DNA of 64,000 nucleotides from an uncultured Acidobacteriota bacterium (lineage in GTDB: Bacteria > Acidobacteriota > Terriglobia > Terriglobales > Acidobacteriaceae): NCBI GenBank assembly GCA_963803775.1, contig CAWDNS010000004.1, positions 80,023 through 144,022 on the forward strand, in the 5' to 3' direction. The translations under genes and the position numbers were made by a program. Below, one piece after another: positions 56,208 to 64,000 of this stretch. Each line of letters opens with the position of its first letter. The stretch's first letter is position 1. The notes under the pieces are model-generated. The model was not told where the DNA came from and made no database searches. It worked only from the letters and a program-made list of their open reading frames with translations.

Positions 56208-56731
56208 ATGAGCGACCCGCGTTACCCTGTCGGCAAATTCACATATTCCAACCCACCGGATGAAGCCCAACGCCGGCAAATGATCGGTGATATCGAGCAA
56301 GCTCCGACTGCACTGCGTGCTGCCATCAAGGGATTTCTCCTCAACAGATCGAAACTCCATATCGCGAAGGTGGCTGGACGGTGCGGCAAGTGGTGCATCA
56401 TGTGCCCGAGAGCCACATGAATGCCTACATCCGATTCAAGCTGGCGCTGACCGAAGAGCACCCGACCATCAAACCCTATATGGAAGACCGCTGGGCGGAC
56501 ACGGCCGACGTGAAATCGACTCCGCTGGAAGTCTCTCTAACACTGCTGGATTCTCTGCACGACCGTTGGGTCCGCTTGCTGCGCTCCTGCAGCCGGAGGA
56601 ATGGAGGCGCCAGTTCGATCATCCTGAGATGGGTCCCATGCCGCTCGAGAAAGAGCCTTGCGCTATATGCCTGGCATGGACGACATCACGTGGCGCACAT
56701 CACGGAGCTGCGCAAGCGCATGGGCTGGTGA
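56208..56731 (+). pseudogene. DinB/YfiT-family metal-dependent hydrolase, three frameshifts
   Basis: The homologous path is frame 0 (MSDPRYPVGKFTY...AAIKGF), then frame 2 (SPQQIETPYREGGWTVRQVVHHVPESHMNAYIRFKLALTEEHPTIKPY...), then frame 1 (PEEWRRQFDHPEMGPMPLEK), then frame 2 (SLALYAWHGRHHVAHITELRKRMGW). Confidence 0.75.
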
Positions 56732-56739
56732 CGGGTCGA

Positions 56740-57379
56740 CTACATCATCCGAAACTGCAACGCGCCAAACCAGATAGCTAGCGCCTTCGCGCAGCACCGC
56801 TTACGCGCGCTGCCATCCCGAATGCGGGCGGGAATCGGGACGGGGCGCCACATACACCTGGACGTTTCATTTTCGCAGCAACTTGCGGATGCGGAACACG
56901 TGATACTCATCGCTGACAGCGACGCAACTTCGCATGTGGTTGGTGCGCATGATCACCGCCACCCGCTCCGCGGACTGCGCCGTATCCGATGCCCTGAGTT
57001 TCGGCGATCAGGCTGGCATCGGGAATTCCGCGGCCCATCAGATAGTCGTGTCCCACTCCGCCTTCGCTGAAACTGGGATCGCGGCCGCAGCCGCCTGTAG
57101 TAATGACAACCGGGGCCACGCCTGCGTTGATAAAGCTCGAAGCGCATGGTCCAGGCGGGCACGATAGACGGGGGAGGGCCGCCCGGAATACTCTGCCGCG
57201 CCAAAAACCACGATGGCATCGGCGGAATGAATCTGATCTTCAGCGGCCGCGTGGACGATCCCGCCACAGATTGATGCGAAATACGCCAGGGCCGCGGCTA
57301 TCGCCATTGCCAACCCGTAGCGTAGCCAGACACCGGCCGCGCGCAGCTTCTGCTCCTGGTTCATCCCGGCTGGGTTCAT
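56740..57379 (-). pseudogene. DUF218 (YdcF/ElyC-like) gene with several frameshifts and an in-frame stop
   Basis: Fragments lie in different frames: ADAIVVFGAAEYSGRPSPVYRARLDHA, FELYQRRRGP, APVVITTGGCGRDPSFSEGGVGHDYLMGRGIP, SAERVAVIMRTNHMRSCVAVSDEYHVFRIRKLL and AVLREGASYLVW (after a TAA). The ATGA start overlaps the tsaC stop. Confidence 0.6.
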
Positions 57380-58069
57380 CCTTGTGCGAAGAACTCAGAA
57401 ATTTCCTGAGAGGTAATTGCGCCTTCGCGCATGATGCGCCAGCGCGCTTCCTCGTCGGTAAGATCGACGATGGTCGAAGGGATTTCACGCGGCGAGGTGC
57501 CACCATCCACAATAATGGCAATGCGGTCCTTCAACTGTTCCCGCACCGCTTCCGCGGTCGTGCACTCGGTTTCGCCACTAAGGTTGGCGGAAGTCGCAGT
57601 GATGGGAATGCTGCAAGCTTGCACCACCGCGAGCGGAATTTTGGCGCTGGGTATGCGCAAAGCAACGTTGCCGGTATTGGCCGTCACCTTCAACGGCAGA
57701 CGCGATGCGGCTCTAACAATGATGGTGAGCGGCCCCGGCCAGAATCGCCGCGCCAGTTTGTAGAACTCTTCGGGCAGCGGCCGCGCCAATTCTTCGGCTT
57801 GGTCGACACTCTCAATCAGCAGCGACAGCGGCTTGTGGCGTGAGCGGGATTTGATGTCGTACACGCGATCAACTGCGAGCAAGATTAAAGGGATCAGCGG
57901 CTAGCCCGTAGAAAGTATCCGTGGGCATGCCCAGCACTTCACCGGCACGAATCTGGTCGGCAGCGTAGCGAATCAGCGACGGCTCCGGGTTCGCACTGTT
58001 AATTTTGACGATCTCGGCGCGCACACTGCTCCTTCCGCCACAATGTTCTGAGAACGCGAAAGTTAACAT
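57376..58069 (-). pseudogene. tsaC: L-threonylcarbamoyladenylate synthase (TsaC/YrdC family), one frameshift near 57880
   Basis: The upstream ORF ends GMPTDTFYGLAADPFNLARS*. The next frame continues LLAVDRVYDIKSRSRHKPLSLLI...ATSANLSG...IVDGG. The start is uncertain (ATG 58069 or a nearby GTG). Confidence 0.75.
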
Positions 58070-58126
58070 ACCATGAACTCGCCGTGCAAGCGGAGGAAAC
58101 GGGTATGATTCTTCCAGGAAAGCCCT

Positions 58127-58972
58127 TTGAAGAAGAACACTGTCGGCTCCAACCCGGATGTCCACGACCGATTGCGCCCTATCGAAGGCCGTCACAATGC
58201 GCTAGTCAAGGAACTACGCAAGGCCTTCAGCCATGGCGATCTGACCGACGACGGCCACTGCGCCATTGAAGGCATGCGCATCATGGAAGAGGCCATCCGC
58301 AGCGGGCTTCGCTTCCGCGCCGTCTTCTTCGATGAGTCGGCGCTGGCCAGGGCCGAGCGCCTTCTGCCCCAACTTGCCGCCTACGTAGAAACCCTGCTGC
58401 TCCCTAACAAACTGTTTGCGACGGCAGTCCCCAGCGATAGTCCACAAGGGGTCGCGGCCCTGGTGCGCTGTCCAGTCTTCACAGTGGACGATGTGCTGGC
58501 TAAATCTTCAGCCGGGCCGGTTCTGGTGATTGCGGGAGTGCAAGATCCAGGGAATTTGGGGACTATCCTGCGCTCGGCCGAGGCTTTTGGGGCTGCCGGG
58601 GTGCTGCTTGGAGAAGGCACGGTGGCCCCCTTCAACTCGAAAGCGGTGCGGGCCTCGGCCGGATCGGTTTTCCGACTGCCGATTGCGAAAGTAAAGCTGG
58701 CAGAAATTCTGCCACAAATGCGTTCCCAGGGCTTGCGCCTGGTAGCGACTTCTTCACACAAAGGCACACCCGCGTATGAGGCGAAGCTGAGCGGCCCCTT
58801 GGCCATCTTCATCGGCAGTGAAGGTGCGGGCTTGCCTCGAGACCTTCTGGCTGGCATGGATGAAACTTTGGCCATCCCACATTCGGAGCATGTGGAATCG
58901 CTAAATGCGGGCGTGGCGGCGAGTATCGTGCTGTACGAGGTCGCACGGCAAAGAAATGGGAATCGGAGATGA
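58127..58972 (+). CDS. TrmH/SpoU-family RNA 2'-O-methyltransferase (RlmB-like)
   Basis: SpoU motifs are VQDPGNLGTILRSAEAFG, IGSEGAGLP and ESLNAGVAASIVLYE. Confidence 0.85.
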   Translation: MKKNTVGSNPDVHDRLRPIEGRHNALVKELRKAFSHGDLTDDGHCAIEGMRIMEEAIRSGLRFRAVFFDESALARAERLLPQLAAYVETLLLPNKLFATAVPSDSPQGVAALVRCPVFTVDDVLAKSSAGPVLVIAGVQDPGNLGTILRSAEAFGAAGVLLGEGTVAPFNSKAVRASAGSVFRLPIAKVKLAEILPQMRSQGLRLVATSSHKGTPAYEAKLSGPLAIFIGSEGAGLPRDLLAGMDETLAIPHSEHVESLNAGVAASIVLYEVARQRNGNRR

Positions 58973-60303
58973 GTCTTTTCCCAACCACTCCGAATCCCGA
59001 CAACTCCAGCGACCGCACCCGACCGCTGGCTGACCGCATGCGGCCGCGGACGCTCGACGAGTTCGTGGGCCAGGAGCACCTGGTCGCTCCCGGTAAGCCG
59101 CTGCGGACGCAGATTGAGCGCGACGATCTGGGCTCACTCATCTTTTGGGGACCTCCTGGCACTGGTAAAACCACGCTGGCGCAGATCATTGCCCGCGTCA
59201 CGAAGGCCGAATTTATCGAGTTCTCCGCCGTACTTGCCGGAATCAAGGAAATCAAGCAAGTGATGGCCGAGGCCGAGCGCGCCCGCCAGTATGGCACGCG
59301 TACGATTGTCTTTGTCGATGAGATTCACCGCTTCAATAAAGCTCAACAAGACGCATTTCTGCCACATGTTGAAAAGGGAAATATTCGCCTGATCGGCGCG
59401 ACAACGGAGAATCCTTCGTTCGAGATTATTTCGGCATTACTCTCGCGCAGTCGCGTATACACGCTCAAACCGCTTACCGCAGAGCAAATTGTAGTGCTCC
59501 TCAAGCGCGCTTTGAACGATAAAGAGCGCGGCCTGGGAGCCATGAACCTTCATGCTACCGACGAGGTGCTGGCCAAGATTGCCTCCTATTCAAGCGGCGA
59601 CGCGCGCAGTGCTTACAACGCGCTGGAAGTTGCCGCATCGCTGGCAGGTGGAGCTAAAAGCGAAATCACCGACGCCATAGTCACCGACGCTCTTCAAAAG
59701 CGTGTCTTGCTCTATGACAAAGCCGGCGAAGAGCACTACAACCTGATCTCTGCGTTACATAAATCAGTGCGCAATAGCGATCCTGACGCCGCGCTCTATT
59801 GGCTGGCGCGCATGCTGGAAGCTGGAGAAGATCCGCTCTACATCGCTCGCCGCGTAGTGCGCATGGCGGTGGAAGATATCGGCCTCGCCGATCCGGGCGC
59901 GCTTGCTTTGTGTATGGCCGCGCGCGATGCTGTCGATTTCATCGGCATGCCGGAGGGCAATCTGGCTTTGGCTCAGGCGGTTGTTTATCTGGCGCTTGCT
60001 CCGAAATCCAATGCGCTCTACACCGCCTATTCCGAGGTGCTGCAGGACGTGGAACAAACTGCGGCTGAGCCGGTGCCGTTGCATCTCCGCAATGCTCCGA
60101 CCGGATTGATGAAAGGTATGGGCTACGGCCAGGGATACAAATACGCTCACGATCTCGAAGACAAGGTCGCAGATATGCAGTGTTTGCCCGACAACCTGCG
60201 CGATCGGATTTATTATCAGCCGACGAACGAAGGAATAGAAAAGCGAATCCGTGAACGGTTAGAGGAAATTAAGAAGACGAGGAGCAGGAAAGCCCCGGAG
60301 TAG
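58969..60303 (+). CDS. rarA: Replication-associated recombination protein A (AAA+ ATPase)
   Basis: LADRMRPRTLDEFVGQEHL, GPPGTGKTTLA, VFVDEIHRFNK and the C-terminal MgsA domain. It has an ATGA overlap with the upstream gene. Confidence 0.92.
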   Translation: MSLFPTTPNPDNSSDRTRPLADRMRPRTLDEFVGQEHLVAPGKPLRTQIERDDLGSLIFWGPPGTGKTTLAQIIARVTKAEFIEFSAVLAGIKEIKQVMAEAERARQYGTRTIVFVDEIHRFNKAQQDAFLPHVEKGNIRLIGATTENPSFEIISALLSRSRVYTLKPLTAEQIVVLLKRALNDKERGLGAMNLHATDEVLAKIASYSSGDARSAYNALEVAASLAGGAKSEITDAIVTDALQKRVLLYDKAGEEHYNLISALHKSVRNSDPDAALYWLARMLEAGEDPLYIARRVVRMAVEDIGLADPGALALCMAARDAVDFIGMPEGNLALAQAVVYLALAPKSNALYTAYSEVLQDVEQTAAEPVPLHLRNAPTGLMKGMGYGQGYKYAHDLEDKVADMQCLPDNLRDRIYYQPTNEGIEKRIRERLEEIKKTRSRKAPE

Positions 60304-60392
60304 GCTTCATAATCTCGCGCCGCCGTTCAGCCTGATCTTCTGAACCCTTTCTTTTTCGCCGCGCGTCTAAGGCTGTAAGGAGAACTACTCGT

Positions 60393-61508
60393 ATGAATCC
60401 CCCAGCTTCAACTATTTCCGCCCCAGAAGAAACTCGCTCCAGCACTCCTACAACTTATTCGGTGAAATCTTATTCGGCGCGCAACGCGACTTCACCACTT
60501 GCGCCGGACACTATCAAACGTCGCGAACCTCGCCCGCAGGATGTGCAGATTGAAATTCTCTACTGTGGAGTTTGCCATTCCGATCTTCACCAGGTCCGCG
60601 ATGAGTGGCATGACGCGCTGGCGACGATTTACCCGTGCGTGCCGGGACACGAAATTGTCGGCAGAGTGGTCCGCGTCGGCAAGGCGGTCAAGAAATTCAA
60701 AGCGGGCGATCTCGCTGCCGTCGGCTGTCTGGTGGATTCGGACCGCACATGCGAAAACTGCCGCGCCGGTCTCGAGCAATACTGCGAGAGTGTTCCCACC
60801 TTCACCTACAACGGCGAAGACAAAGTGCTCGGCGGAGTCACGTATGGCGGCTACTCCGACAGCATCGTGGTGGACGAAGCATTTGTCCTTAAAGTTTCCG
60901 ACAAGGTGGACCTGGCCGCGACTGCGCCGTTGCTTTGCGCCGGCATCACCACCTATTCGCCGATGCGACACTGGAAAGTTAGCAAAGGGCAGAAGGTTGG
61001 CATCGTGGGATTGGGCGGCCTCGGCCATATGGGCGTGAAAATCGCTCATGCTTTGGGCGCTCACGTGGTGCTGTTTACCACATCGCCGAACAAAGCCGCG
61101 GATGCGCGACGATTGGGGGCCGATGAAGTCGTCGTGTCGAATAACGCCGACGACATGCTCAAGCATGCCGGGAGCTTCCACTTCATTCTGGACGCAGTTT
61201 CGGCGGAGCACGATCTGAATCCGTATCTGGCTTTGCTGAAGCGCGACGGCACGCTGGTTATGGTGGGAGCGCCATCCAAGCCTCTACCAGTGTCCGTGTT
61301 TAACCTGATCATGGGACGCCATAGCCTGGCCGGTTCGGGCATCGGTGGAATTCAGGAAACCCAGGAGATGCTCGATTTCTGCGCCGATCACGGCATCACC
61401 GCCGATATCGAACTGATCAAAATTCAGCAAATCAACCAGGCTTACGAGCGCCTGCTCAAAGGGGATGTGAAGTACCGGTTTGTGATTGATATGGGGTCGC
61501 TGAAGTAG
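60393..61508 (+). CDS. Zinc-type NAD(P)-dependent alcohol dehydrogenase (cinnamyl-ADH/YahK-like)
   Basis: AAGGAG RBS. Motifs are GVCHSDLH, GHEIVG and GLGGLGHMG. Confidence 0.88.
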   Translation: MNPPASTISAPEETRSSTPTTYSVKSYSARNATSPLAPDTIKRREPRPQDVQIEILYCGVCHSDLHQVRDEWHDALATIYPCVPGHEIVGRVVRVGKAVKKFKAGDLAAVGCLVDSDRTCENCRAGLEQYCESVPTFTYNGEDKVLGGVTYGGYSDSIVVDEAFVLKVSDKVDLAATAPLLCAGITTYSPMRHWKVSKGQKVGIVGLGGLGHMGVKIAHALGAHVVLFTTSPNKAADARRLGADEVVVSNNADDMLKHAGSFHFILDAVSAEHDLNPYLALLKRDGTLVMVGAPSKPLPVSVFNLIMGRHSLAGSGIGGIQETQEMLDFCADHGITADIELIKIQQINQAYERLLKGDVKYRFVIDMGSLK

Positions 61509-61658
61509 GGCTGGACGTAGGCTATATCGTCTCCCTGGGTTCGCATCCGAAAACCGGACGTGAGCCTGGGGACCTAGGCGACAACTCAACCCAAATGCAC
61601 GAAAAAAAGGCGAATCCTCGCCGACAAAATTCTCATCTACTTCTGGTAGTTTGTTCAC

Positions 61659-62951
61659 TTGCTGGAGGATGTCGTGTCGGCCAGTCCTACCACCGCAACC
61701 GCCATTACTTCCCCGCAGCGATTCGTGCATACCGAGCAGGTGGAAGATCTCCTCAAGCTACACAAAGCCTCCCAGAAGATATCGTCGATCCTCGATCTTG
61801 ATGAACTCATCGACATGGTTGTCAACGACGTAGCCCGCTCCTTTGGGTGCATCGATGCGGACATCTACCTGCACCATGAAGAACGCGGCGAGTTGGTGCT
61901 GGCCAGCGCTTGTGGATGTGACGGCTGCGACGCCCATGGCCCCGGTCACAGCCTGAAGATTGGAAAAGAAGGAATGGTTGGCCACGTCGCCGCTACCGGG
62001 CAAATGCGGTACGCGCCGGATGTGCGCGTCGATCCTTATTACATTGGGTGCGAAGAATCGACGCTTTCTGAAGTTGCCATTCCGCTTCATGTGGAAGGTC
62101 AACTGGTCGGCGTGTTTAGTACTTCGCATCATCAACTAGATGCGTTTCCTCTGGAGCAGATCCGGCTGCTTCAGGCGCTGTGCAGTGACGTTGCCGTGGC
62201 GATTCACAACGCTCGCCGGTTTCGAGATGAACAAGATCGCCGCCAGGAGATGAGCCGCGAGGCCCAGGAAGCCCGCACCATTCAGCAGGCTCTGTTGCCC
62301 AAGAGTTCGCCTTACATTCCCGGATTTGTTGTGTCCGCGTTTTCAATCTCTGCTGGGGCCGTAGGTGGCGATTGGTACGATTTCATTCCCATGGGCGATG
62401 GCTGCTGGGCGCTGGTGCTCGCCGACGTCGCCGGCAAAGGCACGGCCGCGGCACTGCTGATGTCGGCAACTCGCGGCATGTTGCGCTCACTGGCAGAGAC
62501 CAGCTGCACGCCCAGCGAAGTGCTGACTAAGCTGAACCGCCTGCTGGTCGAGGACTTCCCTGCCGGAAGATTTGTGACCATGGTGTATGCCGTACTCGAT
62601 CCAGTTCGCCGCAAACTGCTGTTTGCCAGCGCCGGCCACCTGCAACCGCTTTTGGTCACCGGAGACACGGCGCGTTTCGTAGAGACCGAGAAAGGCATGC
62701 CGCTAGGAATCGGCTCCGGAGATTATTCGCAGATCGAAGTTGATTTGCCGAAAGACTCTCGCCTGGTGTTGTACAGCGACGGCATCACCGAAGCGGAAAA
62801 TGGCGACCAAGCGGAGTATGGGGCCGAGCGCTTGCAGAACCACGTCTTGCGACCGGAGGCATCCGCTGAGAGCATCCTGGCCGATGTGCGGACTTTCGCC
62901 GACGGAACCGGTCTGCGCGACGACGCCACGGTGATCTTCGTTCGAGCCTGA
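61659..62951 (+). CDS. GAF domain - PP2C/SpoIIE-family protein phosphatase (RsbU-like)
   Basis: The GAF region (SSILDLDELIDMVVNDVARSFG...) is followed by the SpoIIE motifs GGDWYDF and LADVAGKGTAAALLMS. The start is non-ATG per the ORF track. Confidence 0.85.
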   Translation: MLEDVVSASPTTATAITSPQRFVHTEQVEDLLKLHKASQKISSILDLDELIDMVVNDVARSFGCIDADIYLHHEERGELVLASACGCDGCDAHGPGHSLKIGKEGMVGHVAATGQMRYAPDVRVDPYYIGCEESTLSEVAIPLHVEGQLVGVFSTSHHQLDAFPLEQIRLLQALCSDVAVAIHNARRFRDEQDRRQEMSREAQEARTIQQALLPKSSPYIPGFVVSAFSISAGAVGGDWYDFIPMGDGCWALVLADVAGKGTAAALLMSATRGMLRSLAETSCTPSEVLTKLNRLLVEDFPAGRFVTMVYAVLDPVRRKLLFASAGHLQPLLVTGDTARFVETEKGMPLGIGSGDYSQIEVDLPKDSRLVLYSDGITEAENGDQAEYGAERLQNHVLRPEASAESILADVRTFADGTGLRDDATVIFVRA

Positions 62952-63136
62952 AGGCGGCGTGACAATCTTACGGCTGTGCCTCGCCCAGCCTCCTATTGCA
63001 TTCCGTTACGAATCTTTCCGCGGTAAGGCTCTGTATCGGTCCATGAGGACGCTGGTGCGGCATGAGAATCCAGCAGTTTCATAAAGAGACTCCTCAATTT
63101 CTTTGAGTAGAAAGGGGGGCCTGCGCCCAGAATGCA

Positions 63137-63778
63137 CTAAGACGCGCAGTTCTTGGTTGCTGCGCCGCCATAGCGAACCATCACGACGTAGTCTGCGCCC
63201 GTAGTTGGCTCCGCGAATCGCGCCTGAGTAGCAAAGCCGAGGCGCTCGTAAAAAGCGAGGTTTCGGGGGCTGAATGTCTCCAGGTAACAAGTGGCGGAGA
63301 CGCGGTCGGCTTCGGCAATGGTCGGTTCCAGCAGCTTCCGTCCTAGCCCCTGACCCTGAGCAGTGGGATCGACCGCGACAATCGAGAGATACCATGCACG
63401 GCCGTCAACCAGGCTCGCTGCCTTGGTCTTCATGAAATTGACGATTCGATGATACCTCGCGCAACCCTCCGCATCGAGCGTCGCCTCCAAGAACGCCCGC
63501 TTTTTGTCTGCGGCACGCGATTGCACATCGGGAGCCTGCGGCAGCAGCCATACGGCAACGCCGCGGGTACGGTCGGCGAGGTGAACGCAGCGCCCAACGT
63601 CTCTTCCTTCCTGGATCGAGTAGGCAAAATACTGCGCTAAGACGGCTCGGCGGCGGGCGGCGGCGTGCACATAGGAGGCACAGATAGAGCGGTAGAACGG
63701 GTCGTTCTCGAGAGCAGCGACCGCAGTCGCCGCGGCTGGATCAACTCTCTCCAGGTGCTGATGCTGGCACTCAGACAT
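63137..63778 (-). CDS. GNAT-family N-acetyltransferase
   Basis: Acetyl-CoA motif VAVDPTAQGQGLGRKLL and FYERLGF. Confidence 0.8.
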   Translation of the reverse strand: MSECQHQHLERVDPAAATAVAALENDPFYRSICASYVHAAARRRAVLAQYFAYSIQEGRDVGRCVHLADRTRGVAVWLLPQAPDVQSRAADKKRAFLEATLDAEGCARYHRIVNFMKTKAASLVDGRAWYLSIVAVDPTAQGQGLGRKLLEPTIAEADRVSATCYLETFSPRNLAFYERLGFATQARFAEPTTGADYVVMVRYGGAATKNCAS

Positions 63779-64000
63779 ATAAACTTCTCTCGTTTTTCCT
63801 GCACGGTTCCGGGCCGGAGCTCAGCCTGACTTTCCGCGGCTGGCGGGCGGAACAATTCCGTTCATCCGCAAGTACTCTACCATCTGCCCATAGGAGTGAC
63901 CGAGATTAAGGCGAGCGGCGACCGTTTAATCGTTAGTTCCCCCCTTTACTCCTGAACTCTAAAGCTCGTTAGACGTATCCGTGTCTGAAAGTTTTGAGAA

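Noticed and set aside
57103-57843. 246-aa ORF on the plus strand
   Set aside because: It lies antisense to the well-supported tsaC and DUF218 reading frames. Its composition is Arg-rich and low-complexity, typical of GC-rich shadow ORFs.
61602-61622. A-run plus a 5-bp hairpin (GGCGA-ATCC-TCGCC) that would be a minus-strand terminator
   Set aside because: The stem is too short and there is no minus-strand gene for it to terminate.
63006-63136. Possible relic of a second GNAT C-terminus (…LYETAGFSCRTSVLMDRY) downstream of the GNAT gene
   Set aside because: It is only about 40 residues with a weak resemblance, and cannot be supported without a search.

Overview
This is a 64-kb chromosomal window that looks moderately GC-rich by eye. 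All functional calls come from reading motifs by eye; no database search, HMM or fold prediction was run.

The gene content (GloVer-repeat proteins, TonB_C fusions) and the abundant modular REP-like intergenic hairpins suggest an Acidobacteriota/Terriglobia-type genome. That assignment is an inference and was not searched.

Contents from left to right:
1. The right end of an integrated P4-like primase/integrase element lies next to tRNA-Cys(GCA).
2. A housekeeping block follows: heme o synthase, Dps, the aceE-aceF-lpd pyruvate dehydrogenase operon and a secreted HExxH metalloprotease. It also holds a CI/LexA-like repressor and an unannotated 50-aa secreted Cys peptide upstream of two membrane proteins.
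3. An accessory islet at 18.3-21.9 kb carries a PD-(D/E)XK nuclease, an orphan Phd antitoxin fused to a toxin stub, BrnT/BrnA, a 370-bp composite tandem repeat (about 2.4 copies) and a low-GC stand-alone RelA/SpoT-domain protein. uvrB and a receiver-TonB_C fusion follow it.
4. A second islet at 26-29.2 kb carries VapBC, a frameshifted GloVer gene and a PIN/Phd cassette bracketed by direct REP-like repeats.
5. A signalling supercluster of about 17 kb spans 34.1-51.9 kb, and I consider it the most interesting part of the window.
   - At its centre is a giant GAF/PAS histidine kinase, a CheY-like REC and an NtrC-type sigma-54 activator.
   - On one side is an operon of uncharacterised proteins, including a pseudo-receiver-HisKA protein with no ATPase domain.
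   - On the other side is a TonB_C-headed mcp-cheW-cheR-cheA-cheB-cheY-cheX operon.
   - Both flanking operons have -24/-12 promoter matches and share a clustered CGTCTCA upstream motif.
6. The right end holds Ku without LigD, three consecutive broken genes (DinB/YfiT, DUF218, tsaC), a TrmH-family methyltransferase, rarA, a Zn-ADH, a GAF-SpoIIE phosphatase and a GNAT.

No rRNA gene, CRISPR array or transposase was seen. At least five genes carry frameshifts, so assembly indel error versus real gene decay needs to be resolved.
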